DNA of 64,000 nt, taken from contig CAMTWP010000009.1 of assembly GCA_947085475.1 (NCBI GenBank), forward strand, positions 124 through 64,123, given 5' to 3'. The stretch is from an uncultured Novosphingobium sp. (lineage in GTDB: Bacteria > Pseudomonadota > Alphaproteobacteria > Sphingomonadales > Sphingomonadaceae). The position numbers and the translations under genes are program-made. Positions 29,581-39,129 of this stretch are shown in pieces; position 1 is the stretch's first letter, and every line of letters starts with the position of its first letter. The notes under the pieces are model-generated. The model saw only the letters and a program-made list of their open reading frames with translations. It searched no databases and was not told where the DNA came from.

Positions 29581-29708
29581 GTTGGATAGAGCAAGTGGAA
29601 TAAAATGGCGTTTTTGGGCAGAATGAAGTGGAATAGGAAAAACTGCCTAAGTGGAATTATATCGTTATATCATGGGCTTGGCTGGATAAGTTTTGTTGGA
29701 ATACATCA
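29581..29708. repeat. right-end array of six (G/T)TGGA(A)TA motifs ending in the terminal inverted repeat
   Basis: TTGGATAGA at 29582, GTGGAATAA at 29595, GTGGAATAG at 29628, GTGGAATTA at 29651, CTGGATAAG at 29682, TTGGAATAC at 29696. All are in the same orientation. Confidence 0.75.
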
Positions 29709-29789
29709 TTTCCTTTCAATTTCTGACAAATTGCGGCCAGTTGCATGGCCCCCTTGCGCTTTTGCGCCTTTGGCCCGACTTATGGGGGC

Positions 29790-30671
29790 ATGACAGAAGA
29801 AGAAAAGCAGCACGATCTGACCAAGCGCAAGTTCTACAAGGCCGAGCAGGAAGCCGGTTTTGCAGACAGCCAGCCCAAAACCACCCCGCAGCAACAGGAT
29901 CCGGCCTATCGGCTGGCGTTTCGTGATACAGACTTCCTCCTGCGCGAAGAATTGCGGCCGGTGCGGTTCCAGTTGGAACTGCTCAAACCCGATATGCTGC
30001 TGGATGAAGCGGGGATCGGTTCAACGCTGGTGATTTACGGATCAGCGCGGATTCCATCGCCAGATATGGCTGAGGCCGCGCTGGCAACGGCGACGACGCC
30101 TGAGAAAAAAGCGGTTGTCGAACGGCTGGCGGCCAAGGCCCAATATTACGAAGAAGCGCGCAAACTGGCGCATAAGGCCAGCAGTTGCGGCATCGTTGAG
30201 GATGGCAAGCGCCAATTCGTGATCTGTTCAGGCGGCGGGCCTTCGATCATGGAAGCGGCCAATCGCGGTGCAGAAGAAGCGGGCGCGGAATCGATCGGGC
30301 TGAACATCGTTTTGCCGCACGAGCAGGCCCCCAACAGCTTTGTCACGCCGCATTTGTCGTTCCAGTTCCACTACTTCGCACTGCGCAAGATGCATTTCCT
30401 GCTGCGCGCCCGCGCCGTGGCGGTGTTTCCGGGTGGGTTCGGCACATTCGATGAATTCTTCGAACTGCTGACGCTGATCCAGACTGGCAAGATGAAGCCG
30501 ATCCCGATCATGCTGTTCGGCAAGGATTACTGGAACCGCGTCATCAACTTTCAGGCCTTGGCCGAAGAAGGTGTGATCAATTTTGAGGATCTGGAACTGT
30601 TCACGATGGTCGAGACCGGCGATGAGGCGTGGGCGCACATCGTGAAGTTTTACGATCTCGATTGCGGGTAA
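29790..30671 (+). CDS. LOG family (TIGR00730) Rossmann-fold nucleotide-binding protein
   Basis: GGGPSIMEAANRGA and PGGFGTFDEFFE motifs. ATG at 29790 (MTEEEKQ). Confidence 0.85.
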   Translation: MTEEEKQHDLTKRKFYKAEQEAGFADSQPKTTPQQQDPAYRLAFRDTDFLLREELRPVRFQLELLKPDMLLDEAGIGSTLVIYGSARIPSPDMAEAALATATTPEKKAVVERLAAKAQYYEEARKLAHKASSCGIVEDGKRQFVICSGGGPSIMEAANRGAEEAGAESIGLNIVLPHEQAPNSFVTPHLSFQFHYFALRKMHFLLRARAVAVFPGGFGTFDEFFELLTLIQTGKMKPIPIMLFGKDYWNRVINFQALAEEGVINFEDLELFTMVETGDEAWAHIVKFYDLDCG

Positions 30672-30683
30672 TCTAACGCGGTA

Positions 30684-31430
30684 TCAGCGGATCGCCTGAT
30701 GGCCCAGCGGGCCGTGGCCTGCGCCAAAGCCGGGCGCGGCGAGCAAGGCGGCGCGGACGAATTCACGGGCATCCTCAACCGCCTCTTCCAGCGGAGCGCC
30801 CAACCCAAGGAACGTCGCAATTGCGCTCGACATGGTGCAACCGGTGCCGTGGGTGTGCCGGGTGACAATGCGCGGCGCGGTCCAGATTTTTTCGGGCAGA
30901 CCGGGCATGACCAGCCGGTCGGTAACGTCAGGCCCCACAGTATCGCCGCCCTTGGCGATATAGGCGATGCCGCGCGTATGCATCGCTGTATCTCCGCCCA
31001 AGGCCACCAGTTCGGGCACATTGGGCGTGGTCAGGGTCGCGAGCGCCATCAACCGTTCGAATGCGGCGATGGTGGCGGCGTCAGCAAGGGTTGCGCCGCT
31101 GGTGGCGATCATCACCGGATCGAAAACGATGGGGACTGACAGGCCCTCCAACTTGTCAGCGACAACTGAGGCGATTTCTGCCGAACCGAGCATCCCGATC
31201 TTTACCGCATCGACGCCGATGTCTTTCAAGCAGGCGTCGATTTGCGCTGCCACCATAGCCGGATCGACTGCCAGCACCGCATGAACGCCCGTCGTATCTT
31301 GCGCGGTCAGCGCGCAGATCGCGGTCATCGCATAGCCGCCGAGCATGGTGATCGTTTTGATGTCAGCCTGAATGCCAGCGCCGCCGCTGGAATCGGAACC
31401 GGCGATGGACAGGATGCGGGGAGGGTCCAT
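30684..31430 (-). CDS. thiD: hydroxymethylpyrimidine/phosphomethylpyrimidine kinase
   Basis: ILSIAGSDSSGGAGIQADIKT N-terminus and HGTGCTMSSAIA anion hole. ATG at 31430. Confidence 0.92.
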   Translation of the reverse strand: MDPPRILSIAGSDSSGGAGIQADIKTITMLGGYAMTAICALTAQDTTGVHAVLAVDPAMVAAQIDACLKDIGVDAVKIGMLGSAEIASVVADKLEGLSVPIVFDPVMIATSGATLADAATIAAFERLMALATLTTPNVPELVALGGDTAMHTRGIAYIAKGGDTVGPDVTDRLVMPGLPEKIWTAPRIVTRHTHGTGCTMSSAIATFLGLGAPLEEAVEDAREFVRAALLAAPGFGAGHGPLGHQAIR

Positions 31431-31431
31431 G

Positions 31432-31656
31432 TTATCCTTTGAACTTGCGTTCAGTTGATGGCGGGTTCTTCGCGTGCAAGGCCTTGGCACGGGTGGGGCG
31501 GTCCATCAGTTCGCCGCTGCAATTGGGGCAGCGATCATCCAGCGCATCGGAACATTCGGCGCAAAAGGTGCATTCGAACGAGCAGATGAACGCGCCGGGG
31601 GCATCGGCGGGAAGATCGGTTCCGCAGCGTTCGCAATCGGGGCGCATGTCCAGCAT
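31432..31656 (-). CDS. DUF1272 domain (Cys-rich zinc-ribbon) protein
   Basis: 74 aa. MRPDCERCGTDL...CSFECTFCAECS...CPNCSG pattern. Confidence 0.8.
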   Translation of the reverse strand: MLDMRPDCERCGTDLPADAPGAFICSFECTFCAECSDALDDRCPNCSGELMDRPTRAKALHAKNPPSTERKFKG

Positions 31657-32993
31657 CAGGCGGCCTTTCGCACAGCATTGCAGATTTGATCGACCACGGC
31701 CTCGACCTCGACCGCGTCGTCACCTTCGGCCATCACGCGGATCACAGGTTCGGTGCCTGACGGGCGGATGACCAGACGGCCCCTGCCGACAAGCCGTGCT
31801 TCGGCCTCGGCAATGACATCCTTGACGCTTTGTGCTTCCAAAGGCTTGCCGCCGGCAAAGCGCACATTCTTAAGGATTTGCGGCACCGGATCGAACTGGT
31901 GGAGCAATTCGCTGGCGGGTTTGCCCGATGATACCATGGCAGACAGCACCTGCAGCGCAGCGACTGTTCCATCGCCCGTGGTGGCGTGATCGGTCAGGAT
32001 CATGTGCCCCGATTGTTCACCGCCCACGTTGAAGCCGCCGCTGCGCATCCTTTCGAGGACATAGCGGTCGCCCACCGAGGTGCGTTCCAGCGTCAATCCT
32101 TGGGCGTTGAGGTGGCGTTCGAGGCCAAGATTGGACATCACTGTGGCGACCACGCCGCCACCGCGCAGCTCGCCGCGCCCGGCCAGTTGCGTGCCGATCA
32201 GCGCCATGATTTGATCGCCGTCCACCGTCTGGCTCTTTTCGTCGACCACGATCAGGCGGTCTGCGTCGCCATCCAGCGCGATGCCGATGTCGGCGCGGGT
32301 TTCGCGCACTTTGGCCTTGATCGCGTCAAGGTGGGTGGACCCGACGTTGAGGTTTATGTTCTTGCCATTGGGTTCAACCCCCATCGCAATTACTTCGGCA
32401 CCCAGTTCCCACAGCGCAGATGGCGTGACGTGATAGGCCGCGCCATTGGCGCAATCAATCACGATACGCAGGCCATCCAAACGCACGTTGTCGGGCAGGC
32501 TGGCTTTTACCGCATGAATATAGCGCCCGCGTGCATCCTCGATCCGGCGGGCACGGCCCACTTGCGTGGCATCGGCCAGCGCCATGTCCTGTTCAAGCAT
32601 GGCTTCGATGGAGAGTTCGGCGTCGTCCGAAAGTTTGAAGCCATCGGGGCCGAACAGCTTGATGCCGTTGTCTTCAAACGGGTTGTGGCTGGCCGATATC
32701 ATCACGCCCAAATCGGCGCGCATGGAGCGGGTAAGCATGGCAACCGCAGGCGTGGGCATTGGCCCCAACAGCACCACGTCCATCCCGACAGAGGTGAATC
32801 CCGCCACCATCGCGCTTTCCATCATGTAACCGGACAGGCGCGTGTCTTTGCCGATGACCACGCGGTGGCGGTGATCGCCGCGCTGAAAATACGTGCCCGC
32901 AGCTTGCCCCACCTTCATCGCGGTGGCGGCGGTCATTACGCCGGCATTTGTCCGGCCCCGGATACCATCGGTGCCAAAGAACTTGCGTGCCAT
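31656..32993 (-). CDS. glmM: phosphoglucosamine mutase
   Basis: FGTDGIRG N-terminus, active-site SASHNP, Mg loop DGDADR. ATG at 32993. Confidence 0.95.
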   Translation of the reverse strand: MARKFFGTDGIRGRTNAGVMTAATAMKVGQAAGTYFQRGDHRHRVVIGKDTRLSGYMMESAMVAGFTSVGMDVVLLGPMPTPAVAMLTRSMRADLGVMISASHNPFEDNGIKLFGPDGFKLSDDAELSIEAMLEQDMALADATQVGRARRIEDARGRYIHAVKASLPDNVRLDGLRIVIDCANGAAYHVTPSALWELGAEVIAMGVEPNGKNINLNVGSTHLDAIKAKVRETRADIGIALDGDADRLIVVDEKSQTVDGDQIMALIGTQLAGRGELRGGGVVATVMSNLGLERHLNAQGLTLERTSVGDRYVLERMRSGGFNVGGEQSGHMILTDHATTGDGTVAALQVLSAMVSSGKPASELLHQFDPVPQILKNVRFAGGKPLEAQSVKDVIAEAEARLVGRGRLVIRPSGTEPVIRVMAEGDDAVEVEAVVDQICNAVRKAA

Positions 32994-33078
32994 GGAACAG
33001 TTTTTCCCTATCGTCGGCGCCATCTTGGGCGGCTTGCTGCATTGCTATGCTTGCATGTGTAGCTAATGTCACCTCAAC

Positions 33079-34350
33079 ATGACCTTACCGACTCCTGAAA
33101 AATCGTCCACGGCTCTGCCTCCTATCGCGCAAGTACCTGCGATGTGGACGTTTATTGGCCTTGTCGGTGGGATGATTGGTGGGTTGGCAGTCGCGTTTTT
33201 GACGCCGGATGCCTTGCCAATCGTGCAAACCTGGGTGCAGCCCGTGGGCGACATGTGGTTGCGTGCGCTTCAGGCCACGATTGTTCCGCTGGTGGTCGCG
33301 CTGTTGTTTACAGGCGTCACGCAAACTGTGGCGATGGCCAGTGCGGGGGCAATGGCGCGGCGCAGTTTGGGCATGTTTCTGGGCTTTCTGACTTTCAGCG
33401 CGGGTGTGGCGATTGTCGTCACACCTTTGCTGCTGTCGGTTCTGCCCATCTCGGCAGAAGCAGGCGCGGCTTTGCGCAGCAGCTTGGGTGCAGCGCAGCC
33501 CGGCCCCGTGCCCGGTGTTGCCGAATTCCTGCGGTCTATCGTACCGACCAACGTGATTGATGCTGCTGCCAATGATCGGATGCTGCCGCTGATCCTGTTC
33601 ACATCGGTGTTCGCGCTGGCGGTGTGCAAGCTTGCAGGGCCGCAGCGTGAGGTGATGACGACGTTTTTTGCAGCCCTTGCCTCGGCCATGTTGGTGGTGA
33701 TTGGCTGGGTACTGGCGCTTGCCCCCATTGGAGTTTTTGCCCTCAGCATGGCCGTAGCTGCCACTAGCGGCACGGCGGCCATCGGCGCTTTGGCGCACTA
33801 TGTCGGGATTATATTGCTGACAGGATCGGTGGTGGTGATCGCAGGCTATGTGTTTGCCGTAGCCATTGCCCGACAGCCTTTGGGGCGGTTTGCCCGCGCG
33901 ATGCTGCCGGTGCAAACGATCGCGCTGTCCACCCAGTCATCGCTCGCTTCGCTGCCTGCGATGCTGGGGGCATGCCGGAACCTTGGCGTGCGCGAAACCA
34001 CGTCGGAATTTGTGATGCCTCTGGCCGTGGCGCTGTTCCGCGCGACCAGTCCGGCGATGAACCTTGCCGTCGCGATTTACGTGGCGCATCTTTACGATGT
34101 CACGCTGACGCCGATGGTGCTGGTTTCGGCGTGGATCGTGGCGATTTTAGTGTCGTTAAGCTCGGTCAGTCTGCCCGGATCAATCAGCTTTGTGGCATCT
34201 GTTGGCCCGATTGCGATTGCGATGAATGCGCCGGTTGCGCCATTGGCACTGCTGGTGGCGGTGGAAGTCCTGCCTGATCTGATCCGTACCATTGGCAACG
34301 TGACCATGGATGTGGCGGTGACTGCGGCAGTTGATCGCAAGGTTCCATAG
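33079..34350 (+). CDS. dicarboxylate/amino acid:cation symporter (DAACS family)
   Basis: 423 aa, polytopic. QSSLASLPA and other GltP-family-like segments. Confidence 0.8.
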   Translation: MTLPTPEKSSTALPPIAQVPAMWTFIGLVGGMIGGLAVAFLTPDALPIVQTWVQPVGDMWLRALQATIVPLVVALLFTGVTQTVAMASAGAMARRSLGMFLGFLTFSAGVAIVVTPLLLSVLPISAEAGAALRSSLGAAQPGPVPGVAEFLRSIVPTNVIDAAANDRMLPLILFTSVFALAVCKLAGPQREVMTTFFAALASAMLVVIGWVLALAPIGVFALSMAVAATSGTAAIGALAHYVGIILLTGSVVVIAGYVFAVAIARQPLGRFARAMLPVQTIALSTQSSLASLPAMLGACRNLGVRETTSEFVMPLAVALFRATSPAMNLAVAIYVAHLYDVTLTPMVLVSAWIVAILVSLSSVSLPGSISFVASVGPIAIAMNAPVAPLALLVAVEVLPDLIRTIGNVTMDVAVTAAVDRKVP

Positions 34351-34471
34351 CTTCTCAAGCGGCTACCTGTAACCGACTGAAATAGAAGGTCTGCGCCGCG
34401 AAGTGGCGGCAACCGATGCGCGTCTCGCGCGTTGAGTGTGAAACGCAATTTCACGAGGACGTTGACTGCCC

Positions 34472-35071
34472 ATGGCTATTATCCTGCCCCCTCTGCCTTA
34501 TGCTGAAGACGCGCTTGCACCAGTCATTTCGGCCATCACCTTGCAAACCCACCACGGCAAACATCACAAAGCCTATGTCGACAAGACCAACGCCGCTATT
34601 GAAGATTCAGACCATGCCAATGCCAGCCTTGAGCAGATCATTGCCGCCGCGCAGGCTAATGGCGACACGAGCCTGTTCAACAATGCAGCGCAAAGCTGGA
34701 ACCACGCCTTTTACTGGAACAGCCTATCGCCCGAAACGTCAGCGCCAACGGGCAATCTGGCCAGTGCCATTGAGGCATCGTTTGGTTCACTTGAGGCACT
34801 GAAGGCCGAACTTCTGGCCCAAGGCACAGCCCATTTTGCATCAGGCTGGGTGTGGCTGCTGGCGCGCGGCGGCAGCCTGGGCGTTGAACAGACACACGAT
34901 GCCGCAACATTTGCCACAGGCGATGCCAAGCCCGTGCTGGTGATCGACTTGTGGGAGCATGCCTATTATCTCGATCACAAGAATGTGCGCCCGGAATACC
35001 TTAAGGGCGTCATCGAGAAGCATCTGAACTGGGAATTTGCTGCTGAAAACTTCAGTCGCGATGGCACGTAG
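34472..35071 (+). CDS. sodB: Fe/Mn superoxide dismutase
   Basis: LPPLPYAEDALAP, HHGKHH and DLWEHAYYLD motifs. Confidence 0.95.
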   Translation: MAIILPPLPYAEDALAPVISAITLQTHHGKHHKAYVDKTNAAIEDSDHANASLEQIIAAAQANGDTSLFNNAAQSWNHAFYWNSLSPETSAPTGNLASAIEASFGSLEALKAELLAQGTAHFASGWVWLLARGGSLGVEQTHDAATFATGDAKPVLVIDLWEHAYYLDHKNVRPEYLKGVIEKHLNWEFAAENFSRDGT

Positions 35072-35073
35072 GT

Positions 35074-36249
35074 TTATCCGGGCTGATCTTCATGAACCGG
35101 GTCGTCTTCGTCCATCCCGGCGAGGCGGCCCGGCTTGAACAGAGCCTCACCGAACATGAAGCCGACAATGTTGGGTTTGCCAATATGATCGAGCAGGGCG
35201 GCAACCGTCAGCAAGATCGGCACAGATAAAAGTGCCCCCAACACGCCCCAGATCCATGAAAAATAGCTTATAGATATCAGGATCGCGACGGGGTTGAGCG
35301 TGAACCGGGCACCCAGAATTGCGGGCGTCACAACGTTTGATTCGATGGCATGGAGCCCAAGGAACGCCAGCATCGGGATTAGGCCGACCGCAACGCTGGG
35401 GGCCGTGCCAAGGCCGACCAGCCCGATCAGGCCCATGAACATCAGCGGGCCGATATAGGGCAGGAAATTGAGCGCAAAGGCGAGCCCGCCCCACATGATC
35501 GGCGCGCTCAAGCCAAAGGCCCAAGCACCTGTCGCGACGATTACGCCCACACCCAAATTCACGAGTGCCACGGTAAAGATGTAGCTGCTGACGCGCTCCT
35601 GCACATCACGCAGCACCCGTGCGAGGCGGACCGAGGCGCTGAAGGAATGGCGATCAAGCAGCACCCGCCGCTTCATCCGGATCCGGGATTCGATCATGAA
35701 GAATGTCATCAGCAGCGTCAGGATGACTTCAAGGATGACGCTCGGCGTGGCAAAGGCGACTTGTTCGATCACAGACGGGCTGGCCAAGACCACTTCGCGT
35801 GTGGAGCCGCTGCCGGTGATCCGGGCGAGCTGGCGGTTAACATCCGCAATCCACGAAAGATTTCCGCGCAATTCGGTAAACCGCCGCGCCACTTGTCTTG
35901 ATAAGGCGGGAACTTGATCGACCATCACATAGGCCGGTTGCAGGATCAGCAACAATGCCACCAGCACGATGGCAATCATCGCCAAAATCGCGACGAATGA
36001 CGCGAGCATGTTGGGCAGGCCCAGCCGGGTCAGGCGATCTGCCATCGGTGATACGATGATCGTAAAAATCATCGCCGTGACCGGAGGCAGAAACACCACC
36101 GACCCGATTGAAAGCACGAACGGCAGCGCCAAAAACAACCCCAATCCCAGCAGCAAGACAATGGCTGACTGCAAACGCGCACGGCGATCATGCAAATCCG
36201 TTGCTGGTGGCAGGATAGCATGCTGGTCTGGCGGGATGGATGGATTCAC
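35074..36249 (-). CDS. AI-2E family transporter (PerM-like)
   Basis: 391 aa, polytopic. LNFLPYIGP and VSYFSWIWGVLGALLSVP-type motifs. Confidence 0.85.
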   Translation of the reverse strand: MNPSIPPDQHAILPPATDLHDRRARLQSAIVLLLGLGLFLALPFVLSIGSVVFLPPVTAMIFTIIVSPMADRLTRLGLPNMLASFVAILAMIAIVLVALLLILQPAYVMVDQVPALSRQVARRFTELRGNLSWIADVNRQLARITGSGSTREVVLASPSVIEQVAFATPSVILEVILTLLMTFFMIESRIRMKRRVLLDRHSFSASVRLARVLRDVQERVSSYIFTVALVNLGVGVIVATGAWAFGLSAPIMWGGLAFALNFLPYIGPLMFMGLIGLVGLGTAPSVAVGLIPMLAFLGLHAIESNVVTPAILGARFTLNPVAILISISYFSWIWGVLGALLSVPILLTVAALLDHIGKPNIVGFMFGEALFKPGRLAGMDEDDPVHEDQPG

Positions 36250-36391
36250 CGGTTGGGCAGCCTCGAAACAGAAAAGCGCAATGTAATGCGCAATTCTTCA
36301 TTCACTGCCAGAGCTTAGCGATCAAGTGGTGCTTTGCTATGCAACCGCGATTTGACAATCCGCGTGGCGCAAATGCCCCGTCGGACGGTTG

Positions 36392-37012
36392 TCAGTTCTG
36401 GTGTCCGTGCAGCACGGTACGGTCCAGCTCGCCCATGATTGCAGTATGAGCAACCGCGTCGGACGTGCTGCGGCGCGGGATCTGACCGGTTTCAATCATC
36501 AACGTTAGCGCGGCCCGCGCACGACCGACACGGCTTTTGATTGTGCCAACTGCGCAGCCACAAATCTTGGCCGCTTCTTCATAGCTGAATCCCCCAGCAC
36601 CCACGAGAAGCAGTGCCTCGCGCCGTTCAGGGGGCAGCGTCAGCAGGGCGCGGTGCATGTCTGATAAATGCATCGGTCCTTCCTGTGCAGCCGGTGCCAC
36701 AAGAATGCGTTCCGCCACGGTTTCATCATAATCTCCGCGGAAGCGATTACGGCGCATATCGGTAAGGTAGGCATTGCGCAAAATGACGAAAGTCCAAGCG
36801 CGCATTGACGTACCGGGTTCAAAGCGTTCTTGTGCAGCCCACGCCTTGAGCAGGGTTTCCTGCACAAGATCATCGGCCAGATCGGGGCGGCCGCACAGAC
36901 CGCGCGCAAAAGCGCGCAGATGCGGAATGACTCCCGTCAATTCGCGTTTGAACGCGATCGGATCAATCGCCGGGCGCGGCGACATGTCTGCCTCAGCCAT
37001 TTGACGGGTCAT
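36392..37012 (-). CDS. ecfG: ECF sigma factor, EcfG type (general stress response)
   Basis: Sigma-70 regions 2 and 4 (DLVQETLLKAW, FSYEEAAKICGCAVGTIKSRV). Overlaps the upstream nepR. Preceded by a GGAAC-N16-CGTT promoter. Confidence 0.88.
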   Translation of the reverse strand: MTRQMAEADMSPRPAIDPIAFKRELTGVIPHLRAFARGLCGRPDLADDLVQETLLKAWAAQERFEPGTSMRAWTFVILRNAYLTDMRRNRFRGDYDETVAERILVAPAAQEGPMHLSDMHRALLTLPPERREALLLVGAGGFSYEEAAKICGCAVGTIKSRVGRARAALTLMIETGQIPRRSTSDAVAHTAIMGELDRTVLHGHQN

Positions 37013-37166
37013 CCAGTTTATCGAGCAACTGGGCGAAGCTATCGGGCAATGGCTCGTCTACGACAGAATCGTATAATCGCTTGAGCCCGTCCGCCCATTC
37101 AGGGGAGCGCGGTTTTGCGCCCTTCCGGTTCTTTTGACCGGCAATCATCGGCTTTTCTTTCGACAT
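36993..37166 (-). CDS. nepR: anti-sigma factor NepR
   Basis: 57 aa with GLKRLYDSVVDEPLPDSFAQLLDKLD, the NepR signature. Sits immediately upstream of, and overlapping, ecfG. Confidence 0.8.
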   Translation of the reverse strand: MSKEKPMIAGQKNRKGAKPRSPEWADGLKRLYDSVVDEPLPDSFAQLLDKLDDPSNG

Positions 37167-37292
37167 TCGCTCTGACAACGCCTCCCCCTCCAGGGCCAAT
37201 CCAAAAACAGACCGCAACGGCGCGGCAGATGCGTTTCCTACACCACTGACACTGTCCAGAAAGAGGAATTGCCAATGGTTCTTCAGATGCGG

Positions 37293-37317
37293 AACGATAT
37301 GCAGCGCCGTCGGTTCC
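37293..37317 (-). promoter_or_regulatory. EcfG-dependent promoter of nepR-ecfG
   Basis: On the minus strand: GGAAC-N16-CGTT (plus strand AACG 37293-37296, GTTCC 37313-37317). Confidence 0.75.
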
Positions 37318-37346
37318 CATTCTGGTGAGACGTAAATGCATTTCCT

Positions 37347-39095
37347 TTGCGGCGTGGCCGGTTAAGTGAAAGGAGCGCGACTGTTTCGGACGGGGTCGTG
37401 GGTGTGGGAGGAATGACGCGCGCAATGGAAAAGCTTCTTGCCATGAAGAAGCTGACGCCTCGTTGGTACGAACGCTTTCCGCGTGGTGTGCCGGTGGGCA
37501 TCTTCGTGATGACCATGGCCGTTGCGCTGTTGAGCGTTTTTGCCATCGAAAACGCCGAAGATCAGCGGCAAACCGCCCAGATTGCTCAAACAGCCCAAGC
37601 CGTTGCATCAGGTCTGGAGCGGCGCAGCAACACCAACACCGCCTATTTGCGGTCGAGCGCAGCCTTGTTCGCGACGCAGGAAATCGTAGAAGCGCCGCTG
37701 TTTCGTACTTTTATCAAGCAGTTGCACCTTGAAGGTCGTTATGTCGGGTCGGATGGGATTGGCTGGGCCATGAAGATGGACCGCGCTTCTGTTCCGATTG
37801 TTGAAGCGATCATGCGCGCCGGTACCAAACCGGAATTCGCGGTCCGTCCCAAACCCGTGACAGAACGAACTGCGGTGGTGCCGGTGATGTTTCTTGAACC
37901 GGACTCCACCCGCAACCGCCGCGCCATCGGCTTTGACATGTATTCCGAGGTCACACGCCGCGCGGCAATGGATGCAGCGGAACGCAACGGCCAGCCCACA
38001 GCCACCGGGCGCGTGACACTTGCCCAGGAAGCAACGCCTGATGGACCGGCGGGCTTCCTCGTTTACATGCCCGTGTTTGCGCTTCAGCCGGAAGGGGGGC
38101 GATACAAGCTGCGCGGCTTTGTTTACTCTCCGTTCGATGCACAGACGTTTTTGAAAGCATCCATAGATGCGACGCGCCTCGAAGGGGCGGGCGTGCGGTT
38201 GTACGATATTACGCCCAAGGGCCTAAGCCTTATGGCAGAAGTGGCGCCTGTCGAACAATCCAGTGGCATCGTGCGGCGCGAGGTCGAGATTGCAAGTCAT
38301 CGGTTCATGATCGAAATTGCAGCACCGGCAACCCCAATGTTTTCAACGATGTCGGGCATGACTTTGCTGTTTGGCCTGTTGGTGGCTACGCTTTTGCTGG
38401 TTCTGGCGCGCTTGCTGACACAGCAAGCCGCAGAAGACCGGATTGCGCTGGCGTGGTTCGAGCAACAGTCTTCCATCCGCAATTCACTGACGCGGGAGCT
38501 GAATCATCGCGTCAAGAACACGCTGGCCAATGTGTTGTCGATCATTTCGCTCACCCGTCGCCGCGCGACCACGTTGCCCGAATTTGCCGATAGTCTGGAA
38601 GGCCGCATCCGCGCGCTTTCAGCAACGCATGATCTGCTCACGCAGTCTGATTGGGGCACAACGCCGGTCGCGCTGGTTATCCGGGCAGAGCTTGCGCCCT
38701 ATGCTCAGGATGTGTTGCGCCATTTGACAATGGACGGTCCGGATGTGGAGCTGGCCCCTAATGATGCGCTTTCGCTGGGCCTCGCCGTTCATGAACTGGC
38801 TACCAACGCCGCCAAATATGGCGCGCTCAGCGTCGAGCAGGGCCGCGTTTCGATCCATTGGGAAATCGCTGGTGAGAATCTGGCGCGTGTGGAATGGATC
38901 GAGACCGGTGGTCCGGTGATCGATGCTGAACAAAAGCGCAAGCGCGGCTTTGGCACCGAATTGATCGAGAAGATCGTGGCGCACGAACTGCGCAATCCGG
39001 TCGATTTGCGCTTTGAACCTGAGGGCGTACGCTGCACCCTGTTGATACCGGTGCGCCGCCGCAATAGCTTTACAATGCGGCAAGGCCGCACCTGA
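37347..39095 (+). CDS. CHASE-domain HWE/HisKA2-type sensor histidine kinase (PhyK/Pak-like)
   Basis: TM segment, periplasmic CHASE-like domain (NRRAIGFDMYSEVTRRAAMDAA...GFLVYMPVF), second TM, H-box ELNHRVKNTLANV, N-box HELATNAAKYGA. True start may be ATG 37413 or 37440. Confidence 0.85.
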   Translation: MRRGRLSERSATVSDGVVGVGGMTRAMEKLLAMKKLTPRWYERFPRGVPVGIFVMTMAVALLSVFAIENAEDQRQTAQIAQTAQAVASGLERRSNTNTAYLRSSAALFATQEIVEAPLFRTFIKQLHLEGRYVGSDGIGWAMKMDRASVPIVEAIMRAGTKPEFAVRPKPVTERTAVVPVMFLEPDSTRNRRAIGFDMYSEVTRRAAMDAAERNGQPTATGRVTLAQEATPDGPAGFLVYMPVFALQPEGGRYKLRGFVYSPFDAQTFLKASIDATRLEGAGVRLYDITPKGLSLMAEVAPVEQSSGIVRREVEIASHRFMIEIAAPATPMFSTMSGMTLLFGLLVATLLLVLARLLTQQAAEDRIALAWFEQQSSIRNSLTRELNHRVKNTLANVLSIISLTRRRATTLPEFADSLEGRIRALSATHDLLTQSDWGTTPVALVIRAELAPYAQDVLRHLTMDGPDVELAPNDALSLGLAVHELATNAAKYGALSVEQGRVSIHWEIAGENLARVEWIETGGPVIDAEQKRKRGFGTELIEKIVAHELRNPVDLRFEPEGVRCTLLIPVRRRNSFTMRQGRT

Positions 39096-39129
39096 CGGCG
39101 CGGCCTTGAAGGGATTGTAAAAGAAAGAC

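Larger units (their letters stand above)
22133..29708. mobile_element. 7,576-bp TIR-bounded insertion (non-autonomous or decayed transposon-like element) downstream of tRNA-Gln
   Basis: TGATGTATTCCA at 22133-22144 is the exact reverse complement of TGGAATACATCA at 29697-29708 (15/16 when extended). TTTC directly flanks both ends. Reiterated GTGGAAT-type motifs sit inside both ends. Composition is AT-richer than the flanks. Confidence 0.7.

Noticed and set aside
29581-29708. Possible CRISPR array (short direct repeats). The 126-bp repeats at 57195-58292 were also considered.
   Set aside because: The 29.6-kb repeats are only 7-10 nt long with irregular 13-33-nt spacing and lie at an element terminus. 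The 57-58-kb repeats are coding TPR units. No cas genes are present.
31986-33062. 358-aa ORF antisense to glmM. Similar long antisense ORFs occur at 1785-2387, 4032-4752, 13840-14808, 33085-33915, 43297-43797 and 53216-54238.
   Set aside because: These are typical high-GC shadow frames: Arg/Ala/Gly/His-rich, no motifs, and each fully overlaps a confidently identified gene on the other strand.
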